A stretch of DNA of 63,255 nt, the filler included. It is 5 parts of 5 records of this genome, joined end to end, with 100 filler letters (N's around TTAATTAATTAA, not from the genome) between each part and the next. Parts side by side here need not be neighbours in the genome. Positions count along the whole stretch, not along the records: positions 1 to 17,796 come from SRR2962707_593; 4 more parts are not named here. One strand, given 5' to 3'. The first letter of the stretch is position 1. Every line of letters starts with the position of its first letter. Shown in pieces: positions 1-10,380 of the stretch. Below the pieces are notes generated by a model, which was not told the DNA's origin, made no database searches, and saw only the letters and a list, made by a program, of their open reading frames with translations. The position numbers were made by a program, and so were the translations under genes.

Positions 1-1041
1 GCCGATGATGCAGAAGGCGTTGCGCTTGCCCGGCACCGGCCCCACCAGCGGCGCGCCGTCAATCGTGTAGGTGATCGGTCCGTTGACCACTGATCTGATG
101 CCGGTTTCCATCAGAGCCGGCATCCGTGCGAATGCGCCCTCCAGCACGTCGGTGATGCGGTCGAGATCATCCGGGCACAGATCATTGGAGAATTTCGGAT
201 CGATGCCGTCCATACCCCACGGCCGGCAATCCTGCTCATAGAAGCCGAGCAACAACCCGCCCTTTTCCTGCCGCGAATAGTAGTCGCTGATCGGACAGCG
301 CAGCAGCGGTATGCGGTGACCGGCCTCGGCAATCGCCGGAATGTCCTCGGTCAGGAAATACTGATGCTCCATCGAGGCGACGGGATGGCTCACCCCCATC
401 ATCGCGCCGATTTCGTTGCAGCGGTAGCCGCCGGCATTGACGACGATCTCGCAGCGCACATCGCCCTTTTCCGTGTGCACGGTCCATGTGTGGTCAGCGT
501 GCTGGGTCAGGCCGGTGACCGGCGTATGGCGGTTCACCTCGGCACCGGCAAGCCGCGCACGCCGCGCCAGTGCCTGGCACAGCTGCGCCGGGTCAATGTG
601 ACCGTCCGTCGGATCCCAAAGCCCACCAAGCAGATTGTCGGTTGAAATCAGCGGATGCCTGCGCCCGCATTCCGCGGCATCGATGATCTCGAATTCCACG
701 CCCATGCCGGCCGCCACCGAGGCAAAATGCCTGTAGCCATCCATTTGCGCTTGCGTGTTGGCAAGCCGGATGCCGCCATCACCGTAATTGTAGCCGACAG
801 GATAGTCGGGGTCGTCGCGCAGCTCCTGGTAGAGCTTGATCGAATGCGATTTCAGCCCCACCATTGTCTGGTTCATGCCGAAATTGGTCACCTGAGCCGC
901 TGAATGCCACGTCGTACCCGAGGTCAACTCGTCACGCTCGATCAGCATGACATCGCTCCAGCCTTCCTGGGTCAGATGGTAAAGCGCCGAACACCCGGCG
1001 ATGCCGCCACCAATTACAACCACTCTTGCCTGATCACGCAT
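1..1041 (-). CDS. FAD-dependent oxidoreductase, GcvT/dimethylglycine-sarcosine dehydrogenase family (3' truncated by window edge)
   Basis: Not in the ORF track because it has no stop in the window. ATG at 1041 reads MRDQARVVVIGGGIAGCSALYHLTQEGWSDVMLIERDELTSGTTWHSAAQ (GxGxxG FAD motif, TSGTTWHxA signature), and later VVNGPITYTIDGAPLVGP. Confidence 0.9.
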   Translation of the reverse strand, partial: MRDQARVVVIGGGIAGCSALYHLTQEGWSDVMLIERDELTSGTTWHSAAQVTNFGMNQTMVGLKSHSIKLYQELRDDPDYPVGYNYGDGGIRLANTQAQMDGYRHFASVAAGMGVEFEIIDAAECGRRHPLISTDNLLGGLWDPTDGHIDPAQLCQALARRARLAGAEVNRHTPVTGLTQHADHTWTVHTEKGDVRCEIVVNAGGYRCNEIGAMMGVSHPVASMEHQYFLTEDIPAIAEAGHRIPLLRCPISDYYSRQEKGGLLLGFYEQDCRPWGMDGIDPKFSNDLCPDDLDRITDVLEGAFARMPALMETGIRSVVNGPITYTIDGAPLVGPVPGKRNAFCIIG

Positions 1042-1117
1042 CGTCGCTCTCCATAGAGGTCTGCAGCTTCAAACCTGCATCAGAGCAGCGGGTGGAAATT
1101 GGTCAAGAAAAACCCGA

Positions 1118-1138
1118 CAGTTTCGAAAACATCGAAAC
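1118..1138. promoter_or_regulatory. LysR-type operator, GTTTCG-N7-CGAAAC palindrome upstream of the oxidoreductase
   Basis: CAGTTTCGAAAACATCGAAAC contains T-N11-A; the same motif recurs at 2192-2212. Confidence 0.65.
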
Positions 1139-1205
1139 TCTTATCCAACTCCGTGCATGAGGCGCGACCTGATCCCAGAGAGAAAACCCATGCGACGGCA
1201 AGCCG

Positions 1206-2177
1206 TCAGTCCTTCGGCGTGATCAGACCGAAGCCATCCCTCATCCAGGGATAGGCGGCACTGACCGGATCCACCGCCAGCCGCCGCACGCTCTGGCGGA
1301 ACAGCCCGGCAATCGCCTGCGCCGTCGGACGGTCAAAATCATCTCGTGACAGCAAGGTGATGGCCCGCGCAAACGAGGCAATCGGAAGCGGATGAAGAAC
1401 GACACCCTCGGAAAATCCTTGCGCCCGCGCAAATCCCACCGGGGTGATGATCGACCAACCGCCGCCATTGGCGATGATCGCCATGATCGATTGCACGCTG
1501 TCAAAGGCATAGCGGTCGGCCAGCGAAATCCGGTTGCGCGCCAGATGCGCCTCGATCTGTTTGCCGATCAGATGCTGCCGGTTGAAGCGCAGGAATGGCA
1601 AGCCCCCCTCGCCCGCAAGCAGACCCGCCGCATCCGCTGCACTGCCCTTCGGCAGGGCCATGACAAACGGATCGCGCAGCAGAAGATCACTCTCGATCCC
1701 AGGTCCCGGCACATCAGTCTCCGAGGCGATGGCGACGTCGAGATCTCCCTTGCGCACCAGATCAACGGCCTGATGGCTCAGCACCATGCTGATGGCGAAC
1801 TTGGCGCGCGGCATGCGGCTGGCCAGAATGACAGCCAGTTCCGGCGCGACATTGTTCTCGAAATCATCGACAATCCCGATCCGCAGCGACCGCGTGCCCA
1901 ACAACCCGCCGATCGCCGTTTCGCTGGTGGCGCGCCTGAGATGATTGAGCCCGGCAGAGAGATGATGCAGCGCCTCCCGCCCTTCCCGCGTCAGCACGAA
2001 CGGCCGAGAAGACCTGTCAAACAGCATCACCCCCAACTGCTCTTCGAGCCGTGCCACATGATGCGACACCGACGAGATCGACAACCCGATCTCCCTTGCA
2101 GCCTCCTGCACCGACCCGCTCTGCGCAACCCGCTCGAATGCCTCCAGCGCCTGAAGTGAAATTTTGGGAAGCGACAC
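1206..2177 (-). CDS. LysR-family transcriptional regulator
   Basis: N-terminal HTH (LEAFERVAQSGSVQEAAREIGLSISSVSHHVARLEEQLGVMLFDRSSRPFVLT) followed by a substrate-binding domain; GTG start. Confidence 0.95.
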   Translation of the reverse strand: MSLPKISLQALEAFERVAQSGSVQEAAREIGLSISSVSHHVARLEEQLGVMLFDRSSRPFVLTREGREALHHLSAGLNHLRRATSETAIGGLLGTRSLRIGIVDDFENNVAPELAVILASRMPRAKFAISMVLSHQAVDLVRKGDLDVAIASETDVPGPGIESDLLLRDPFVMALPKGSAADAAGLLAGEGGLPFLRFNRQHLIGKQIEAHLARNRISLADRYAFDSVQSIMAIIANGGGWSIITPVGFARAQGFSEGVVLHPLPIASFARAITLLSRDDFDRPTAQAIAGLFRQSVRRLAVDPVSAAYPWMRDGFGLITPKD

Positions 2178-2191
2178 GGCGATGGCCCTAT

Positions 2192-2212
2192 CAGTTTCGG
2201 GATAATCGAAAC
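2192..2212. promoter_or_regulatory. LysR-type operator (probable autoregulatory site)
   Basis: CAGTTTCGGGATAATCGAAAC, about 15 nt upstream of the LysR start; same arms as 1118-1138. Confidence 0.65.
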
Positions 2213-2551
2213 CATGGCGAAGACGGTGCCGGGAGTCAATGCGGCTGGGTTTGAGCTATTGTCAGCTGAGCCCATCACCGGAAAATCCCGGGGCCTGAAG
2301 CGGTTGGTGAGAATGTTGAAAACCGGATTGTTCCCTTAAGTATCCCGGAAATCACACCGATCTTTTACGTCGGCCTCCGGTGAGAAGCAGACAGACACCT
2401 TCCCCGCCAACTGGGGCAGTTCCAAGCAAGCCAGAGACTATGTCCCGGATTTTGTTCATCTAAATTTCGCAGCGCTAGTTTGCCTAACCATTAACTATTT
2501 TAAACCTAAACAAAATTTGAGGAACCTTGTCGCGTTTAAAAGGATTTGGCG

Positions 2552-4876
2552 ATGCTGAACAACATTCGAATTGGTAAGAAAATTTATGCTGGGTTTGGCC
2601 TGGTCCTTGCCGTTCTGGCGGCCATTGCTGCCCTCTCGGTCTACTCGAACCTGTCAAACAAGTCTTCTTTCGTAGAGTACCGCTCCATTGCGCGGATGAC
2701 CAACGAGGCGGGACGAATTCAGGCAAATATGCTCGAAGCTCGATTGGCAGTCCTCAAATTCCGTTCTGATCAGTCTGACGACAACATCAATGCGGTTCGG
2801 CAGCGTTTGGATGCAACACTTGCATCCGTAGACAACCTGCAGTCGATTGCAGACAGTGAGGCCGACAAAGCCACGGCTGCAGCCTTTACAGACCTGATCG
2901 AGGCTTATGGTGACGGTTTCGAAAAGGTAGTGATATCCCAGCAAACGCGTAACGAGATCGTCCATGGGCAGTTGGATGTTGTCGGTCCTCAGCTTCAATC
3001 AGCATTGATAGAGATGACCAAATCCCTGTTCGGCACAGGCTATGTCGATGCTGCATATCAGGCGGGTCTTCTGAGCAACAATGTCTCCATCATTCGCCTG
3101 AGTGGCAACAAATTCCTGCTCAATAACAACCACGACGACCTCAAGGCCGCCCTTGAAGAGGGTGAGAAGGCCAAGGCTCAAATCAAGACGATCGGGAACG
3201 TCATTTTCGACAACGCGACCCAGACCCAGTTGGCGGGCATTTCGGAAACGCTCGACACTTATCTTTCCGGCCTGACTGCGGTTCAGGACAGTATATCGGA
3301 ACGCAATACCGTGTTCAGCGGCACGCTTGAAGTGGCGGGACCCGGACTTGCGCGCAGCACAGAAGACTTCAAGCTTGCCTTGAAACAGAAGCAGGACATC
3401 CTGGGACCGGTTATCCAATCAACGATGGAGAACGCGGCCGTTTTTGCCGGGATTGCTGCCGTAGCGGGATTGCTGCTGGCATCCATTATTGCATTCGTGA
3501 TCGCTCGCGGTATCTCAAAGCCAATCGTTGCCATCACGCAAGCCATGGGTTCGCTTGCCGACAACAAGCTTGAAACAGACATCCCGGGCCTTGATCACAA
3601 GAGCGAAGTCGGCGAGATGGCGAAGGCCGTAAATGTCTTCAAGGAAAATGCAATTCGGATTCGTGACCTCAATGCGCAGGAAGCAGCGCTTCAGGCCAAG
3701 AACACCGATTTGCAGTCCAATATCGCAACCGTTGTTGCAGCCGCTGTCGATGGCAATTTCACAAAACGGATCACCGTGAAATATGACAACCCCGATCTCG
3801 ATGCATTTGCTGACAACGTCAACAAACTGGTCAATTCGGTCGATGGAAGCATTGCGGAAACCCAGCGGGTGATGTCGTCTCTTGCCAAGGGTGACCTGAC
3901 AGAAGAAATGCAAGGTGCCTACAAAGGCGTCTTTGCCGACCTTCAGGCAAGTGTAAATTCCACGATGGAAAATCTGCGTGGTGTGCTTGATGAGGTTCGC
4001 CAGTCTGCAGACGTGATCAACGGTGGGGCTGATGAAATCAGCTCGGCCTCTGATGACCTGTCAAAGCGGACAGAAGTCCAGGCGGCTTCACTTGAGGAAA
4101 CATCTTCAGCACTTGAAGAGATTACCGTTGCTGTGAAAACCTCGACTGACCGGGCAGAGGAATCCAGCAAGATGGTCAACGAAGCCCGCGAGTACACCCA
4201 GAAATCCGCTGAAGTCGTCAGCGAGGCGACGTCGGCCATGGGTCGTATTGAAAAAGCGTCCGGCGAAATCAGCATGATCATCAACGTCATTGACGAGATT
4301 GCCTTTCAGACCAACCTGCTCGCCCTCAACGCCGGTGTCGAAGCTGCCCGTGCCGGCGAGGCCGGAAAGGGGTTTGCTGTTGTCGCCCAGGAGGTACGTG
4401 AACTGGCTCAGCGCTCAGCAACAGCTGCCAAGGACATCAAAGAGCTGATCACGAAGTCGTCGCTGGAAGTCCAGAGCGGCGTGAAACTTGTGTCTTCAAC
4501 CGGAGAAGCCCTGTCCGAGATCCAGGAGCGGGTTGTCAAGATCGCAACCCAGATGACCTCGATTGCACAGGCTGCAAGCGAACAGTCGACTGGATTGCAT
4601 GAAGTCAGCGTCGCAGTGAATCAGATGGACCAGGTCACACAGCAAAATGCGGCCATGGTCGAAGAAGCTGCAGCAAGCTCGGTAAAGCTTGCAGACGAGA
4701 CCAATGTTCTGAAGGGACTGATTGCCCGCTTCAAGCTGAGCAACGGGCACCACAGCACAACTCAGACAAGATCGCCTGCAAAGACTTCCGTGGCCTCCAG
4801 GCCCGCAAAGCCAAACTACGGGTCGGCGTTCAACGGCAACGCAGCGCTGAAAGTAGACAGCTGGGAAGAGTTCTAG
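2552..4876 (+). CDS. Methyl-accepting chemotaxis protein (2 TM, periplasmic sensor, HAMP domains, signalling domain)
   Basis: Conserved tip [44 protein letters not shown]-terminal CheR/CheB tether pentapeptide SWEEF; ATG 2552 follows an AAGGA RBS. Confidence 0.97.
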   Translation: MLNNIRIGKKIYAGFGLVLAVLAAIAALSVYSNLSNKSSFVEYRSIARMTNEAGRIQANMLEARLAVLKFRSDQSDDNINAVRQRLDATLASVDNLQSIADSEADKATAAAFTDLIEAYGDGFEKVVISQQTRNEIVHGQLDVVGPQLQSALIEMTKSLFGTGYVDAAYQAGLLSNNVSIIRLSGNKFLLNNNHDDLKAALEEGEKAKAQIKTIGNVIFDNATQTQLAGISETLDTYLSGLTAVQDSISERNTVFSGTLEVAGPGLARSTEDFKLALKQKQDILGPVIQSTMENAAVFAGIAAVAGLLLASIIAFVIARGISKPIVAITQAMGSLADNKLETDIPGLDHKSEVGEMAKAVNVFKENAIRIRDLNAQEAALQAKNTDLQSNIATVVAAAVDGNFTKRITVKYDNPDLDAFADNVNKLVNSVDGSIAETQRVMSSLAKGDLTEEMQGAYKGVFADLQASVNSTMENLRGVLDEVRQSADVINGGADEISSASDDLSKRTEVQAASLEETSSALEEITVAVKTSTDRAEESSKMVNEAREYTQKSAEVVSEATSAMGRIEKASGEISMIINVIDEIAFQTNLLALNAGVEAARAGEAGKGFAVVAQEVRELAQRSATAAKDIKELITKSSLEVQSGVKLVSSTGEALSEIQERVVKIATQMTSIAQAASEQSTGLHEVSVAVNQMDQVTQQNAAMVEEAAASSVKLADETNVLKGLIARFKLSNGHHSTTQTRSPAKTSVASRPAKPNYGSAFNGNAALKVDSWEEF

Positions 4877-5208
4877 GCGCTGCCGCGGAATCTTTCCCGC
4901 GGTAGTCACATGAAATGAAAAACTGGACCGCCGGGAACCAACAATTCCCGGCGGCTTGCTGTCGGTCCTGCATCAGAAAACCCTGCTGGAAATGAGCATC
5001 GTCCCCATCTGATGACGCGGACGACCGAACTCCCGCTTCGGAAGCGGTGCTGACATTTGCCGCCATTTCAATTGTCCAAGGGACCGTGGCCGTAAGACGG
5101 CCAAAATTGCGCTTCGATGAGCTTGTATTTTTGGCCTCTATTAGCAGTGCATGGCCAAATACGTCAGGTGAGCAAACTGTCCATTCTGGGCTGGTTCTTC
5201 CCAGAAAC

Positions 5209-5244
5209 GAAAAAGACCCGGACGCCAAATGTCCGGGCCTTTTC
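5209..5244. terminator. Bidirectional rho-independent terminator
   Basis: GAAAAAGACCCGGAC-GCCAAAT-GTCCGGGCCTTTTC between convergent genes. Confidence 0.7.
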
Positions 5245-5299
5245 ATAGGCCGGGGGAGAGGTCATTTATCCCCCGGCGGTATGGCTGTGTGGGAGCGGC

Positions 5300-6331
5300 T
5301 TACTTGTAGCCGACCTCGTTGTAGATTTCCTGCGCACGGGCCTGGTTCTTGCCAAGCTCGTTGAGGTTGAGGGTATCGGCCTTGAAGCTGCCCAGTCCCT
5401 CGACCACCGAGGAGGCCGCAACCGAAGGCACAACCGGATACTCGTTGTTGCCGTTGGCGAAGTAGGACTGCGCCGAATCCGAGGTGAAGTATTCCAGCAG
5501 CTTGACCGCGTTGTCGCGGTTGGGTGCATGCGTGGTCACACCGGCACCGGAAATGTTGACATGCGCGCCGTTGCCATCCTGATCGGGGAAGACGATGCCG
5601 ATCTTGTCGATGCCTTCGCTCAACCCGTCGACCTGACCGGCAATGCCGCGGGCGAAGTAATAGGTGTTGGCAATGGCGATGCCGCACTCACCCGACACAA
5701 TGCCGCGAAGCTGATCGGTGTCGCCGCCCTGCGGATCGCGTGCCAGATTGTCCTTCAGGCCCTGGGCCCAGGTCTTGGCCGCTTCATCGCCATTGTGGGC
5801 GATATAGGCGCCAAGCAGCGACAGCATGTAGATGTTCGAGCTCGAACGGGCGCACAGCAAGCCCTTGTATTTCGGGTCGGCCAGCGCCGCATAGGTCATC
5901 GGCGGCTCGCTCACCTTGGCCTTGTCATAGAAGATCACGCGGGCGCGCTTGGAAATGCCGAACCAGTGACCTTCGGGATGACGCAGGCTCTCGGGCACGC
6001 GTTCATTGAGAACATCGGAGTCGACCGCCTGGAACAGGCCAGCCTGTTCGGCGCGCCACAAACGGCCGGCGTCGGCAGTGATGAACACATCCGCCGGGCT
6101 GTTGGCGCCTTCGGCCTTCATCCGTTCAATCAGCTCGTCTTCCTTGCCCTCGATCAGGTTGATCTCGATGCCGGTGGCCTCGGTGAAGTCGCTGTAAAGC
6201 CGCTCGTCGGTGTCATAATGGCGCGACGAGTAGATGTTGACTTCGCCGTCAGCCTGAGCCGGAGCGGAGATGGCGGCAAATGCCGCAACTGAAGCAAGAA
6301 GCGCGAGCATGCGCGGAGCCGAAATGGCCAT
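5300..6331 (-). CDS. Fe(3+) ABC transporter substrate-binding protein (FutA/IdiA/FbpA type)
   Basis: Signal peptide, VNIYSSRHY, SPADVFITADAGRL, GGDTDQLR, IANTYY (iron-binding Tyr pair), NNEYP; GGAGG RBS. Confidence 0.93.
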   Translation of the reverse strand: MAISAPRMLALLASVAAFAAISAPAQADGEVNIYSSRHYDTDERLYSDFTEATGIEINLIEGKEDELIERMKAEGANSPADVFITADAGRLWRAEQAGLFQAVDSDVLNERVPESLRHPEGHWFGISKRARVIFYDKAKVSEPPMTYAALADPKYKGLLCARSSSNIYMLSLLGAYIAHNGDEAAKTWAQGLKDNLARDPQGGDTDQLRGIVSGECGIAIANTYYFARGIAGQVDGLSEGIDKIGIVFPDQDGNGAHVNISGAGVTTHAPNRDNAVKLLEYFTSDSAQSYFANGNNEYPVVPSVAASSVVEGLGSFKADTLNLNELGKNQARAQEIYNEVGYK

Positions 6332-6359
6332 TGGAAACCTCCCTGGGGTTTTGGATGAT

Positions 6360-6386
6360 TAAACCTGACTGTTGCGATCATGTTTA
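6360..6386. promoter_or_regulatory. Iron-responsive operator (IRO/RirA-type TGA-N9-TCA)
   Basis: TAAACCTGA-CTGTTGCGA-TCATGTTTA, an extended palindrome about 30 nt upstream of the Fe3+ binding protein gene. Confidence 0.65.
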
Positions 6387-6643
6387 TTCAGCCCCCGATT
6401 TCCTGTCAACCGGATGACCTTCAATTAGTTGAAGCTTTTATGAGCTGACGTGACGCACACCATCGCGATTGCAGCGACATGAACCCCATCCAATCCGGCG
6501 GCTCTGCGCTTAACCCTCCGCCGCCCTGTCCACACTCCCTGCCTGCAGGACAAAAGAGGGCCGCCGCGGCGGGTTTTTGCTGTGGCGGCGCCGCGCACAC
6601 TCAGCCCCTGCCCAAGCACGGAAACTCCTCACGGCTTTGTGAC

Positions 6644-6658
6644 TAGACGACTGGTCTA
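6644..6658. promoter_or_regulatory. NemR-like TetR operator, TAGAC-N5-GTCTA
   Basis: TAGACGACTGGTCTA, 20 nt upstream of the TetR start; resembles the E. coli NemR box TAGACC-N4-GGTCTA. Confidence 0.7.
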
Positions 6659-6678
6659 TTATTTTCTACATCGCCATC

Positions 6679-7266
6679 ATGACCTTACCGAAGAAATCAG
6701 AACTGACCCGCTCCCGCATCCTTTCCGAAGGCCGCGCGCTTGTGCTCGCAAGTGGTTTTGGCGGGCTTGGACTGACCGAACTGCTCACCGCTTCCGGCGT
6801 GCCGAAGGGGTCGTTCTATTACTATTTCGCCTCCAAGGAGGCCTTCGGTTGTGACATGCTCAACGACTATGTCACTGACTATCTGGCGGCGCTTGACGCC
6901 ATCATCGCCCGCCCCGAACCCGCAGCTGAACGGCTGAACAGCTTTTTCAGCGCAGCCCTTGGCGGCGAGGCCGGTTCGATGGCCGATCGCTGCCTTGTGG
7001 TCAAACTCGCCGCCGAAATTGCCGACCTGTCGGAAGACATGCGCCACATCCTCGATGAAGGTGTCATCGCCGTCTGCGACCGCCTTGCGGCTCTGTTGCG
7101 GGCCGGCATCGAGGACGGCTCCATCACTCCGCAGGAAGATCCCGGCAGCGCCGCCGCCCTGCTCTACAGCCAGTGGCTGGGGGCGGCGATCATCGCCAAG
7201 CTGTCGCGCAGAACAGCCCCTCTCGAACAGGCACTTGCCGACACGCGACGCCGGTTCTTCGCCTGA
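6679..7266 (+). CDS. TetR/AcrR-family regulator, NemR-like
   Basis: HTH GLTELLTASGVPKGSFYYYFASKEAFG; RCLVVKLAAEIADLSEDMR with the conserved redox Cys; LYSQWLGA. Confidence 0.9.
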   Translation: MTLPKKSELTRSRILSEGRALVLASGFGGLGLTELLTASGVPKGSFYYYFASKEAFGCDMLNDYVTDYLAALDAIIARPEPAAERLNSFFSAALGGEAGSMADRCLVVKLAAEIADLSEDMRHILDEGVIAVCDRLAALLRAGIEDGSITPQEDPGSAAALLYSQWLGAAIIAKLSRRTAPLEQALADTRRRFFA

Positions 7267-7329
7267 AACCCCAACCTTTTCCATCACCTCGAAATCCTGC
7301 GCATTGCAGGCACACCAAAGGATATCATT

Positions 7330-8307
7330 ATGAAAGCTGCAACTTACACAACATTCGGCGAACCCGCCGACGTTCTCGTCGTCAAGGACGTCGCGCGGCC
7401 TGAACCGAAAACCGGTGAGGTTCTCATCCGCACCATCCTGTCGCCGATCCACAACCACGACCTCTGGACCATTCGCGGCACCTATGGCTACAAGCCGGAA
7501 CTCCCCGCGCTCGGCGGCAGTGAAGCAGTCGGCACCGTCGAGGCCGTCGGCGAAGGCGTTGATGCGGCCATGGTCGGCAAGCGCGTCGTCAACGCCGGCA
7601 AGATCGGCACCTGGGCCGAGTATTTCACCGCTCCCGCCGCCGGCGTCCTGCCGCTGCCCGACGTAATCTCGGATGAAGCCGGTGCGCAACTGATCGCCAT
7701 GCCGTTCAGCGCCATTTCACTGCTCGAGTTCCTCGACGTCAAGGAAGGCGACACCGTCATCCAGACCGCTGCCAACGGTGCTGTCGGCAAGATCTTTGCC
7801 GATCTCGCCCGCGCCCGTGGCATCACCACCGTCAATCTGGTGCGCCGCACTGAAGCCGTTGCCGAGCTCGAAGCGCTGGGCATGGAAAACGTGCTCTCGA
7901 CCGATCAGGACGGCTGGCAGAGCCGTGCCCGCGAGATCGTCGGCAAGGATGGCGCCCAAGCGGCAATCGATTCCGTCGGCGGCCCGATCGTTGCCGACAT
8001 CGCCGACCTGCTCGGCCTCAACGGCTTGCTGGTGGTCTTCGGCACGGCAACCGGTGTACCGCTGGAGCTGCGCGCCGGCTCGATGATTACCAACCACCTC
8101 ACCGTCAAGGGCTTCTGGGGCTCGCGTGTTTCCAGTGAAATGGCGCAGGACGAGAAAGTCCGCCTGATCACCGAACTGGTCACACTCGCCGCCCACGGCA
8201 AGCTCAAGCTGCCCTCCGGCGGTGAATTCAGCCTCGACAACGTCACCGACGCCGTCAAGGCATCGCTGACACCGGGCAAATCAGGCAAGATCCTCATCCG
8301 CCCCTGA
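7330..8307 (+). CDS. MDR-family NAD(P)H-dependent reductase (zinc-binding dehydrogenase / enoyl-thioester reductase-like)
   Basis: SPIHNHDLWTIRGTYG, GSEAVGTVEAVGEGV, AANGAVGK nucleotide-binding motif, C-terminal GKILI. Confidence 0.9.
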   Translation: MKAATYTTFGEPADVLVVKDVARPEPKTGEVLIRTILSPIHNHDLWTIRGTYGYKPELPALGGSEAVGTVEAVGEGVDAAMVGKRVVNAGKIGTWAEYFTAPAAGVLPLPDVISDEAGAQLIAMPFSAISLLEFLDVKEGDTVIQTAANGAVGKIFADLARARGITTVNLVRRTEAVAELEALGMENVLSTDQDGWQSRAREIVGKDGAQAAIDSVGGPIVADIADLLGLNGLLVVFGTATGVPLELRAGSMITNHLTVKGFWGSRVSSEMAQDEKVRLITELVTLAAHGKLKLPSGGEFSLDNVTDAVKASLTPGKSGKILIRP

Positions 8308-8329
8308 TCAGGTTTGCCGAAACAAACAA

Positions 8330-8358
8330 GCCCGCGCTGGAACACTTTCAGCGCGGGC
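8330..8358. terminator. Hairpin between convergent genes
   Basis: GCCCGCGCTGGAA-CAC-TTTCAGCGCGGGC. Confidence 0.6.
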
Positions 8359-8373
8359 ATTCAAAACCTCGGA

Positions 8374-9345
8374 CTACAGCTGTTCCTCAAGCCGGTCCGT
8401 TGCCGGCGGCGGGGTGCGCGACAAGGCTGCAATGCGGGCATGCAACTCCGGCGTCATGTCGATGCTGACGGAGTCCAGTGACGGCTGCAATTGCGCGACA
8501 TTGCGCGCGCCGATGATCGGGCATGTCACTGCCGGATGGGCAGCCGCCCAGGCGACCGCCAGCGACACCGGATGCACGCCCATCTCGCGCGCAAACTCCG
8601 TGAAAGCCTCGGCCACCTCAAACACCCAGTCTTCGCTGTAGCGTTTGGAATACTCCGGATTTGCCATGATGCGCCCCTGATCAGGCCGCGCCTTCTTGCC
8701 GTATTTGCCGCTGAGCAGTCCCCCGCCCACCGCCGAATAGGTGATCACGCCGAGGTTTTCAGCGCGAGCCAGCGGAAAGATCTCGCTTTCCGCCTGCCGC
8801 TTGACCAGCGAATACATCGGCTCGATCACATTAAACCGCGGCCAGTTGTTTTTCGCCGATATGCCCAGCCCCTTGGCGATCTGCCAGGCGGCGTAATTGC
8901 TGGCGCCGAGATAGAGCACCTTGCCATCAGCCACCAGCGTCTCCAGCGCCCTGAGTGTTTCCTCAAGCGGCACCACCTTGTCCCAGCGATGCATGAACAA
9001 GACATCGATCCGGTCGGTCCCAAGCCGCTTGAGGCTTGCATCCACCGCCTGAAGAATGTGGCGCCGGTTGCCGCCGCGCGCGTTTACATCGTCCCCCATC
9101 GCCCCGAAGCATTTGGACGTGATCACCAGCTCGTCACGATTTCCCTTGATGAGTTTACCCAGAATCGTTTCCGCCGCGCCCCTGGAATAGACATCAGCGC
9201 AATCGAAAAAGTTGATGCCCACGTCTCGGCACCGCGCATACATCCGCCCCGACTCCGCCTCGTCGGCATCGCCGCCGAATGACATTGTGCCGAAGCACAG
9301 TTGCGAGACCTGAACCCCGGTTTGACCAAGCTGCTTGTAGTTCAT
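8374..9345 (-). CDS. Aldo/keto reductase
   Basis: LCFGTMSFG, FFDCADVYSRG (catalytic D/Y), ITSK, DRIDVLFMHRWD, PIIGARNVAQL; ATG 9345 follows GGAGG. Confidence 0.93.
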   Translation of the reverse strand: MNYKQLGQTGVQVSQLCFGTMSFGGDADEAESGRMYARCRDVGINFFDCADVYSRGAAETILGKLIKGNRDELVITSKCFGAMGDDVNARGGNRRHILQAVDASLKRLGTDRIDVLFMHRWDKVVPLEETLRALETLVADGKVLYLGASNYAAWQIAKGLGISAKNNWPRFNVIEPMYSLVKRQAESEIFPLARAENLGVITYSAVGGGLLSGKYGKKARPDQGRIMANPEYSKRYSEDWVFEVAEAFTEFAREMGVHPVSLAVAWAAAHPAVTCPIIGARNVAQLQPSLDSVSIDMTPELHARIAALSRTPPPATDRLEEQL

Positions 9346-9367
9346 GCCAATCCCTCCCTTCATCCAT

Positions 9368-10114
9368 TCAACCGGCCAAACAATCCCGGTTCCAGTTCTT
9401 GTAGATCAGATAGCGCGCCGGCTTGGCTCCCAACGCCCCAAACCATTGCGGGCAATATGGCCCCATCCAGATCACATCGCCCTCGACGACCGAAAACCAG
9501 TCTTCATCAAGCCGGTAGACCCCGCCGCCACTGAGCATCAACAACCCATGCTCGACAAAATGCGTTTCCACATAAGGCAGGCTTCCGCCCGGCTGGAATT
9601 CCATCACATTGACTTCGCAGTCAAACCGTTCGTCGACCGGAACGAGTTTGCGCACTGCCAGCAATCCGTCCTCCGACATCGCCCGCTTTTGCTGTGCTGC
9701 AACCGTGCCAACCACCAACTCGGGATGTGGCGCGCCATCGAGTGGCACGAACACCTTCTCCAGCACCACGAGCCTTGCCGCATTTACCGCCTTGATCTCA
9801 TGGGCAACGCCAGCGGGAACCAGCGCATATCCCTCGACGCTCAGCAGATGTTGCTCGTCACCAAGCTGCAGCGACACAGCGCCTTCGAGCACCAGCACAA
9901 ACCGTTCCACCGCTTTGGCCGGGGCACGGGCGGTAGCGCCCTCAGCCATCTCGGCAAAGTACTGCGAAAACTGCGCGCCCATCTGCGGCGAGATCACCAC
10001 CACAATTCTGGACCCCGGCCAGCCGGGCATCGGCGTGACTTCGTGGCTGTCAGCCGAGATCAGAGCGTGTCTTTGCGCAATCACCGAGCGGGTTTCACCA
10101 AGCTGTCGTCTCAC
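9368..10114 (-). CDS. allE: (S)-ureidoglycine aminohydrolase (bicupin)
   Basis: FSQYFAEM, ERFVLVLEG, FQPGGSLPYVETHFVEHGLLMLSGGGVYRL, WMGPYCPQWFGALG, YLIYKNWNR match the AllE/YlbA signature. Confidence 0.88.
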   Translation of the reverse strand: MRRQLGETRSVIAQRHALISADSHEVTPMPGWPGSRIVVVISPQMGAQFSQYFAEMAEGATARAPAKAVERFVLVLEGAVSLQLGDEQHLLSVEGYALVPAGVAHEIKAVNAARLVVLEKVFVPLDGAPHPELVVGTVAAQQKRAMSEDGLLAVRKLVPVDERFDCEVNVMEFQPGGSLPYVETHFVEHGLLMLSGGGVYRLDEDWFSVVEGDVIWMGPYCPQWFGALGAKPARYLIYKNWNRDCLAG

Positions 10115-10380
10115 GGCGTATCCTTTTCAACCAAAGCGCACTGCCGACACCGGTCTGCGCGCACATCCGAACTGTAAGTCCATAAATCATAGCTCGGATG
10201 AAATGGCGACCTGTCCCGATTGTACTCTCCTGACAATCAGCGTGGATGATCCACGATTGCCGATCGGGCCAACCTGTGTTGCTTGCATCATTACGGGCAA
10301 GCTGCAAAAATCGGCCAGCACCCGCCGGCCCCGCCATTCGATTCCGGCACGTGGCGGCAGTGCTTACCGGGAGGACAGAC

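Noticed and set aside
2484..2510. CtrA box upstream of the MCP gene (also 12903-12916 upstream of the HWE kinase)
   Set aside because: TTAA half-sites are spaced by 5 and 6 nt, not 7; not supportable beyond an AT-rich promoter.
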